The notes under the pieces are model-generated. The model saw only the letters and a list, made by a program, of their open reading frames with translations. It searched no databases and was not told where the DNA came from. Positions 57,561 through 64,000 of a DNA stretch of 64,000 nucleotides are shown piece by piece. Each line of letters opens with the position of its first letter. The first letter of the stretch is position 1. Origin of the DNA: a virus (Duplodnaviria > Caudoviricetes). Where the stretch lies: IMG/VR virus record IMGVR_UViG_3300032285_001531; one strand, written 5' to 3'. The position numbers and the translations under genes are program-made.

Positions 57561-60500
57561 ATGACCGCAAACATACAAAAGATATTTACATCATATCAAC
57601 TTCTAGGTAACACAGGCAGTGAACAAACTGGCGCTACATACGTTGGTCAGCAAGGTCGTCTATGGTATGATCCTGCTACTAACACTCTACGTGCTAGTGA
57701 TGGCAATACTGCTGGTGGTACTATTGTAGGCAGTGGTGGAAATGGCGCAGTATCTGGTGCGACTACATGGGTTCAATATAATGATAACGGTAACTTCGGT
57801 AGTGTTCCTACTTTTACTTTTAATAGTTCAACTGATACGCTGACAGCAACTTATTTTTCAGGCGATGGCGGTAACTTAACTAATGTTAACTTGACTGGTG
57901 CTGCTGCAGGTAATACAACAGAAATTCAATTTAATAGCAATGGTAATTTTAGTGCCAGTGGTAATCTAAGATTTGACACGGGTAGTAATAGATTATACAC
58001 AGATTCAGTAGCGATTCCAGTTGGAACTTTATTATCTGGTAATGCGGCAGTTCCGTATGTTATTGCCACACTAACTCTTAATCAAATTTTAGCAAACAGT
58101 GATGGCACATCAACAGCATTACCAGCTGGTAGTTATGGCAATCCAAATGAAGTACCTGCTCCTTGGGCAGTATTTCAATTCACTACTAACCCTAGTCCCG
58201 TACTAGAAATAAATGATGTATTATCTGGTACAGGTGTGCCTGTACCTAGTCCTGTGAAATATGTTGGCACTGGTGGCAATAGTAACATTGTTGTGGCTGG
58301 TAGCACATTCTATGGGTTACCTACTCCAATACCAACAAATGGTACATTAATACCAGTAGCAAGACAAACACTGAATGCTGGATTACAAATTTCAACACAA
58401 GCCAGTACTGATATTGTTATGACACCTGGATCAGGCGGGGGAATTATTTGGGCTGGTAACTTAGTACCATTGACAAACGATACGTTCACACTTGGATCGC
58501 CTACACGAAGAATTAAACAGTCATACTTTGGTAGTAACACAGTTTATATCTTTGATAGTTATTTAGGCACTGACCAATCGATTGGTGCTAACAACGGTAA
58601 CTTGATTATCGGCGGCGGTGCTGGCTTGACTGTTGGTAATTTTATTATGAGTGGCAACACACTTTATCTTGATAATCCAGCAGAAGATTTCTTTTTAGGA
58701 ACAACAGGTGCGACAGGAAACTTAACAGTCAATCGTAGATTCAATGTAAATAGTAATACTGGTACATGGAAATTATTTGATATCAATCCCACTGGTACTG
58801 CTACACTTATTAGTAATATAGTTACTGGCAGTAATGTTGCTGCGCTAGAAATCATAGGTGCTACTACTAGAGATATACAAAGTCCCAACAATGCTGGTGT
58901 ATTGTTACATACATCTGGTACTAGTCAATCACCAAGTCGTATTTACAATGACAGTTATGGCAACGTTGCTAATGGCAGATACAGTGCTTACATTGGCAGA
59001 CGAGCAAGGGGTAATGCTCTAGCTCCTACTGGTACATTGAACAATGATATCATTAGTCGTATTGCTGCTAACCCTGCTGACAGTTCGAATAGTTTTGCTC
59101 CTATTTCTACAACCAGAATTGATTTTGTCAACTCGGAAAATCAAACTCCTACCAATCGTGGTGGCAGAATTGAAATATGGAACACGCCAGTTGGCAGTAA
59201 TGTAATAGCGTTATCTACTAGTTTTGACACCAACGGTGTAAGATTAATCGGCAACACTACTACCACAGGTATTACTTTTGCTGACAATACTTTTCAAAAC
59301 ACAGCCTTTACACATACCAGCGCAGTTACTAGTGTAACTGTTGGCGTAGGTCTAACACAAACCGCTACTGTAGGTGATGTTGGAATAGATGCTACAGGTG
59401 TAACTACAGTTGCTGGTACAGCTAATCAAGTATTTGTAAATGCTAATACAAGTGGTGGTAACTCTAATTCTAGTGTAACTTTAACATTGCCTCAAAATAT
59501 CGGTACTAGTAGTAGCCCTACATTTGGTAACTTAACTATTACAGGAACATTGACTGTAAGCAATCTTGTGTCTACCGGTAACAGCGTAGTAGATAGTAAA
59601 GTATTAAACTTAGCTGCTAATTCTACAGCAAATACGCAAATAGATCAAGGTGGTATTATTCTAGGTAATAATAGTTCTGCTTATAAGGTAAGCATTCTTT
59701 ACACACTAGCAAACAACGAGTGGGATACTGGTAATACTGGATTCAACACAGAAAATTTTTCTGCTGCTAATGCTAACATTGATTTCTTAAATGTTCAAAA
59801 CGGTGGACACTTTGGATTACTTAATGAACAATTAGATTATCCTAACGCTTATGTTCAAGTAGATTCTAATGTAAATAGCTATAGTCAAATAGTCAGCCAG
59901 AATCATAGCCCAGGAACAGCAGCTAGTAGTGACTTAGTATTAGTGAATGATATTGGTGATGATGGCAATCATTACATTGATATGGGTATTAATGGCAGTA
60001 ACTATACTGACCCTGCATTTAGTAGCACATTAGCAAATGATGGTTACTTGTTTGTAAATCAAGGTAACTTAGTCATAGGAACTGATACTGCTGCTAAGAC
60101 TATCAAGTTTGTTGCTGGCGGCACTACTAGCAGTAACATAATCGCTACGATTAGCAACACTGGCATTTCTACTCCAGGCAATGTCACAGCAAATTACTTT
60201 GTTGGTAATGGTAGTCAGTTAACAGGCATTGCAGCAGGAAACATTACTGGACAAGTTGCTAATGCTCTAGTGGCTGGCACTGTTTATACAGCAGCACAAC
60301 CCAACATCACAAGTCTAGGTACATTGACAAGTTTAACTGTTTCAGGTAATATTACCAGTGGCAATGCTAACTTGGGTAATGTTGCAACTGCTAATTATTT
60401 TGTTGGTAATGGTTATAATTTAACTAGTATAAATGTCTCTAATGTTGTAGGTACTATCGCAAATGCCAATTATGCAGCATACGCAGGTAATGTTACACAT

Positions 60501-61577
60501 TCATTAACAATAAACAATAGTGGAACAGGAGCAGCCAGTGGTGCTACTTTTAATGGCGGCAGTGCTATCACGATCAGCTACAATACAGTAGGCGCTCCAA
60601 AAGTAGACGGTACTGGTGCTAGTGGCACATGGGGTATAAGTATAACAGGCAATGCTAATGTAGCTAATACAGCAAATAGTGTTGCGGGTGCTAATGTAAG
60701 TGATCAAGTAAATTATGCAGCAATCGCTAATTTAGTAGCAGGCGCCAATGTAAGCGGAGCAGTCACTTTTGCTACAACAGCAAACGCAGTAGCCGGAGCT
60801 AACGTAAGTGGTACTGTAGCAAATGCCAATTACGCAGCTTATGCGGGCAATGTTACAATAGCTGCTCAATCAAATATCACTAGTCTAGGTAACTTAGCAA
60901 ATCTAACAAGTAATGGTACTGTAAACTTTGCTAATTCTGCTAATGTTAATATTGGTGCTATAGCTAATTTACATATATCTGGTGGAAGTTCTAACAATAT
61001 TCTTATTACTAATGGTTCTGGTATTTTATCATGGTCTGCTATAAGTACAGTCAATGGTGTCGGTGGTAATCAACTTGTTTTTGTACTGAATGCTCAGCAG
61101 AGCATAGGTAATGCTAAAAATACATTATTAAGTTTATTTGGATTAACAAATGGAGTTGTGTTAGCTTCAAATACTCGCTATCAATATCAAATATTATTTA
61201 ACGCTCAGTGTAGTAAAGCTGGTGTACTAAGTTATGCTTTAGCATTAGGTGGTGGTGCTGTTGTGGCACAACACAACTACAATGTGATATCCAACAAGAC
61301 TACGGCAATTGATAACTACACTGCTGGTGTTACCATGATGAGCCAGAACGCTACTGGTGCCGCAATCACTACAGCGCAAACAGTAGCGGATACTGCTACA
61401 TTTACTCATACCCTCATCAATGGAACCATTGATGTTACTACTGGTGGTAATGTTAACTTTATGGTATCGCAAGACCAAAATACTCCAGTGACTTGGACCA
61501 TCAATGCTGGTTCTTATATAAGATTATTACCACTAGGTGCTATTGGTGCTAATACTACAGCCGGAACTTGGTCATAA
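57561..61577 (+). CDS. Long tail-fibre-like protein
   Basis: 1338 aa, Asn/Gly/Thr-rich; GNTTEIQFN, TAAQPNITSLG and VAGANVSG/ANANYAAYAG repeats. Confidence 0.7.
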   Translation: MTANIQKIFTSYQLLGNTGSEQTGATYVGQQGRLWYDPATNTLRASDGNTAGGTIVGSGGNGAVSGATTWVQYNDNGNFGSVPTFTFNSSTDTLTATYFSGDGGNLTNVNLTGAAAGNTTEIQFNSNGNFSASGNLRFDTGSNRLYTDSVAIPVGTLLSGNAAVPYVIATLTLNQILANSDGTSTALPAGSYGNPNEVPAPWAVFQFTTNPSPVLEINDVLSGTGVPVPSPVKYVGTGGNSNIVVAGSTFYGLPTPIPTNGTLIPVARQTLNAGLQISTQASTDIVMTPGSGGGIIWAGNLVPLTNDTFTLGSPTRRIKQSYFGSNTVYIFDSYLGTDQSIGANNGNLIIGGGAGLTVGNFIMSGNTLYLDNPAEDFFLGTTGATGNLTVNRRFNVNSNTGTWKLFDINPTGTATLISNIVTGSNVAALEIIGATTRDIQSPNNAGVLLHTSGTSQSPSRIYNDSYGNVANGRYSAYIGRRARGNALAPTGTLNNDIISRIAANPADSSNSFAPISTTRIDFVNSENQTPTNRGGRIEIWNTPVGSNVIALSTSFDTNGVRLIGNTTTTGITFADNTFQNTAFTHTSAVTSVTVGVGLTQTATVGDVGIDATGVTTVAGTANQVFVNANTSGGNSNSSVTLTLPQNIGTSSSPTFGNLTITGTLTVSNLVSTGNSVVDSKVLNLAANSTANTQIDQGGIILGNNSSAYKVSILYTLANNEWDTGNTGFNTENFSAANANIDFLNVQNGGHFGLLNEQLDYPNAYVQVDSNVNSYSQIVSQNHSPGTAASSDLVLVNDIGDDGNHYIDMGINGSNYTDPAFSSTLANDGYLFVNQGNLVIGTDTAAKTIKFVAGGTTSSNIIATISNTGISTPGNVTANYFVGNGSQLTGIAAGNITGQVANALVAGTVYTAAQPNITSLGTLTSLTVSGNITSGNANLGNVATANYFVGNGYNLTSINVSNVVGTIANANYAAYAGNVTHSLTINNSGTGAASGATFNGGSAITISYNTVGAPKVDGTGASGTWGISITGNANVANTANSVAGANVSDQVNYAAIANLVAGANVSGAVTFATTANAVAGANVSGTVANANYAAYAGNVTIAAQSNITSLGNLANLTSNGTVNFANSANVNIGAIANLHISGGSSNNILITNGSGILSWSAISTVNGVGGNQLVFVLNAQQSIGNAKNTLLSLFGLTNGVVLASNTRYQYQILFNAQCSKAGVLSYALALGGGAVVAQHNYNVISNKTTAIDNYTAGVTMMSQNATGAAITTAQTVADTATFTHTLINGTIDVTTGGNVNFMVSQDQNTPVTWTINAGSYIRLLPLGAIGANTTAGTWS

Positions 61578-61612
61578 AGTCTAATCTATTTCTACGGTTG
61601 TACATAACCGAA

Positions 61613-61618
61613 TAAATA
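61613..61618 (+). promoter_or_regulatory. Late promoter (TAAATA), probably leaderless
   Basis: TAAATA-agtcact-ATG of the terminase gene, with no SD. Confidence 0.55.
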
Positions 61619-61625
61619 AGTCACT

Positions 61626-63176
61626 ATGAGTGGCGCACCAACCTTTATTAAAAATCCATATGTAAAGACCAGCTTTGCTACGGATAAAGAATTACAAGAC
61701 TTTATAAAATGTAGCGATCCGGTTAATGGTTATCTATATTTTATGGATAACTTCTTTTATATACAACACCCTACTAGAGGAAGCATGTTGTATCATCCTT
61801 GGGAATATCAAGAACGGTTAATTCACACATATCATAACTATCGTTTCAGTATTAGCTTGATGCCTCGACAAACAGGTAAGTCAACTAGTGCTGCAGGATA
61901 TCTACTTTGGTATGCCATGTTTGTTCCAGATAGTACAATATTAATTGCAGCACACAAATATGCTGGTGCGCAAGAGATTATGCAACGTATAAGATATGCA
62001 TATGAGAACTGCCCACATCATATTAAAGCAGGTGTTGTAACATATAATAAAGGTTCATTGGACTTTGATAATGGTAGCCGTATTATTAGTGCTACAACTA
62101 CAGAAAATACGGGTCGTGGTCTTTCTATATCATTATTATATCTTGACGAGTTTGCATTCGTAAGACCAACTATAGCTAGTGAGTTTTGGACATCTATTAC
62201 ACCAACACTATCAACTGGTGGTAAAGCAATTATTACAAGTACTCCAAACAGTGACGAGGATCAATTCGCATTGATTTGGAAGGGTGCTAACAAAACAGAA
62301 GATGAGTTTGGTAATCAAACTGAATTAGGTGTAAACGGATTCAAATCATTCAGAGCAAAGTGGCAAGAACATCCAGATCGTGATCAAAAATGGGCTGATG
62401 AAATGAAATCACAGCTCGGTGATGATAGATTTCGCCGAGAGATGGAATGCGAATTCATTATTGCTGATGAAACATTAATCAATCCGAACACACTATTTGA
62501 ATTGGAGGGAATAGAACCAATTAAAAAACACGGACAAGTTCGTTGGTATCAGCAACCAGTTAAAGGTAACATTTATGTTATATCACTTGATCCTAGTTTA
62601 GGTACAGGTGGTGACCCTGCAGCTATACAAATATTTGAAGCAAACACTACAACACAGATCGGTGAGTGGAAACACAATAAAACTGCTATACCAGAACAAA
62701 TTAAATTGTTGAAACAGATTACAGATTACATAGCAGATATTACGAACGAACCCAACAACATCTATTACAGTTTAGAAAATAACAGTATTGGTGAAGCAGC
62801 ACTTATATCATTAAATGAATATGGTGAGCATAATATTAAGGGTATCTTTTTGACAGAAACAGGAATCAAAAAGCGTAAAGGGTACAACACAACTAATAAG
62901 AGCAAACTAGCTGCCTGTGCCAAACTAAAGCACTTATTAGAATCTAAGAAAATGAAAATATTCAGTAAGAGTTTGATAAGCGAGTTAAAGACATTCGTAG
63001 CACTTGGCGGCAGCTACAAAGCAAAGATCGGGGAAACAGACGATTTAGTCATGGCCGCACTGTTAACCGTCAGAATGCTTCAGGATTTAGGGAATTTTCA
63101 TAGCGATTTAGAGAATCAAATACGTGACTATGAGGATTTTGTTGCTCCGTTACCGTTCTTTGCTATCCTGGGCTGA
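61626..63176 (+). CDS. terL: Terminase large subunit (T4 gp17-like)
   Basis: Walker A PRQTGKST, Walker B LYLDEFAF, motif III TSTPN, nuclease acidic residues (SLDPSLG, TDDLVMA). Confidence 0.95.
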   Translation: MSGAPTFIKNPYVKTSFATDKELQDFIKCSDPVNGYLYFMDNFFYIQHPTRGSMLYHPWEYQERLIHTYHNYRFSISLMPRQTGKSTSAAGYLLWYAMFVPDSTILIAAHKYAGAQEIMQRIRYAYENCPHHIKAGVVTYNKGSLDFDNGSRIISATTTENTGRGLSISLLYLDEFAFVRPTIASEFWTSITPTLSTGGKAIITSTPNSDEDQFALIWKGANKTEDEFGNQTELGVNGFKSFRAKWQEHPDRDQKWADEMKSQLGDDRFRREMECEFIIADETLINPNTLFELEGIEPIKKHGQVRWYQQPVKGNIYVISLDPSLGTGGDPAAIQIFEANTTTQIGEWKHNKTAIPEQIKLLKQITDYIADITNEPNNIYYSLENNSIGEAALISLNEYGEHNIKGIFLTETGIKKRKGYNTTNKSKLAACAKLKHLLESKKMKIFSKSLISELKTFVALGGSYKAKIGETDDLVMAALLTVRMLQDLGNFHSDLENQIRDYEDFVAPLPFFAILG

Positions 63177-63182
63177 TAAATA
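63177..63182 (+). promoter_or_regulatory. Late promoter (TAAATA)
   Basis: gaTAAATA overlapping the terL stop, 23 nt upstream of the next ATG. Confidence 0.55.
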
Positions 63183-63205
63183 CTATATTATTTGAGTACA
63201 CAATT

Positions 63206-64000
63206 ATGCCTATAAACCAAGATTCATTACAAGACGAACTATACGATTTTCTTAAAAGTCAAGGGTACAGACCTACCAGATTTGACTCCTCAGGGAAGAA
63301 AGTTCCATTATCTAAATTAGCAGACGTTTTCAAGTTTGACTTCAAAATGGATGATATTGTATACGGTGAAGTTTATGCAGCAATTATTGGTAAGAACTTA
63401 GTTCTATTCAACGGAGATGATGTACTAGACAGTCCAAACACTAGTAGTTCAGGTAATATGTCATTTAATAAAATGGCAATATATTTAAAGGGCTGGGCCC
63501 ACGATCACCAACTAGGTTTTGAAAGAGATGATATTGAGAATTTAGAGGATGAAATGGCTAAACGTGAAGATACTAAAAAGTTAGATGAAGGTTATTACCC
63601 AATGGGTAAAAAAGCAAGCTATAATGATAGCGTACCTAATGTAAAGATTAAAATTCAACATAGCAGAGCCATTGAAGAAGGTGAACAACGTTATAGAAAT
63701 ATTGCAAGAATTTATTTAGAAAATCAAAATGGTGAAAGATTCTTATTGAATACTAGGAAACCAGGTATCGCACGTGTGTATGCAAGACATATTGCAGAAG
63801 GTGGTAAAGTTAATGATGACCGTTGGATGCATGTTGACAGTTTAGTAGAAGAATATACAAAGATGGCAGGATTTGTTCGTGCTACTCGTAATGGTCAATT
63901 TAATGAAAGCACCCAAGAATTGGTTACTGAAGGATTGAATCATTATGCTAGTCTACGTGAAACATTACATAAATTATCAGGTAAAAAAGGATATAACAAA
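63206..64000 (+). CDS. Hypothetical protein, 3'-truncated (MPINQDSLQDELYDFLKSQG...)
   Basis: Translated by hand; no stop seen before the window end; missing from the ORF track because it is incomplete. Confidence 0.75.
   Translation, partial: MPINQDSLQDELYDFLKSQGYRPTRFDSSGKKVPLSKLADVFKFDFKMDDIVYGEVYAAIIGKNLVLFNGDDVLDSPNTSSSGNMSFNKMAIYLKGWAHDHQLGFERDDIENLEDEMAKREDTKKLDEGYYPMGKKASYNDSVPNVKIKIQHSRAIEEGEQRYRNIARIYLENQNGERFLLNTRKPGIARVYARHIAEGGKVNDDRWMHVDSLVEEYTKMAGFVRATRNGQFNESTQELVTEGLNHYASLRETLHKLSGKKGYNK

Noticed and set aside
756-61478. Numerous short antisense or alternate-frame ORFs in the track (e.g. 756-995, 1521-1853, 22431-22703, 42092-42565, 49246-49593, 53523-54029)
   Set aside because: They lie wholly within longer well-supported genes, lack an RBS or promoter, and are typical shadows of Ala/Thr/Gly-rich coding DNA.
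61626-63176. Intein or intron in the terminase (also checked in thyA)
   Set aside because: Lengths are ordinary, the frames are continuous, and no HN-C/S/T splice junction or homing-endonuclease motif was seen.
1-64000. Stop-codon reassignment (alternative genetic code)
   Set aside because: Very long uninterrupted ORFs and dense coding under the standard code; TGA is used as a stop in ATGA couplings.
1-64000. CRISPR array or diversity-generating retroelement
   Set aside because: No regularly spaced repeat-spacer units, no reverse transcriptase and no template/variable repeat pair noticed; the fibre repeats are protein-level modules.

Overview
AT-rich 64-kb segment of a large T4-like (jumbo) myovirus genome. 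The likely host is a betaproteobacterium, inferred from the porin, PstS and tmRNA tag types. 1-25.6 kb: baseplate and tail structural genes (gp5-like, 5'-truncated; gp25; gp6; a 5463-aa giant protein; fibre-like proteins). 25.6-32.6 kb: a tightly coupled cluster of glycosyltransferase-like and radical-SAM genes. 32.7-33.0 kb: a circularly permuted (two-piece) tmRNA whose tag reads ANDDTYLLAANG and so lacks the usual terminal AA. 34.7-38.6 kb, minus strand: a phosphate-starvation island of two operons, pstS-porin and plcP-like phosphoesterase/hidden 57-aa ORF/GT2 glycosyltransferase, each preceded by an 18-bp Pho box in identical geometry. This island is the best candidate for a novel system: a phage module that may mine host membrane phospholipids for phosphate and replace them with glycolipid. 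38.9-43.4 kb: an inverted tail-fibre module. 43.5-48 kb: an early region with five consensus sigma70 promoters (three are near-identical promoter-RBS cassettes) and a MoxR-type AAA plus peptidase-vWA pair. 48-64 kb: thyA, a sugar epimerase, spanins, an exported nuclease, putative internal head proteins, a long fibre and the terminase large subunit. Late genes are marked by a TAAATA motif, and several appear to be leaderless. All calls come from reading motifs by eye; no database search was run.
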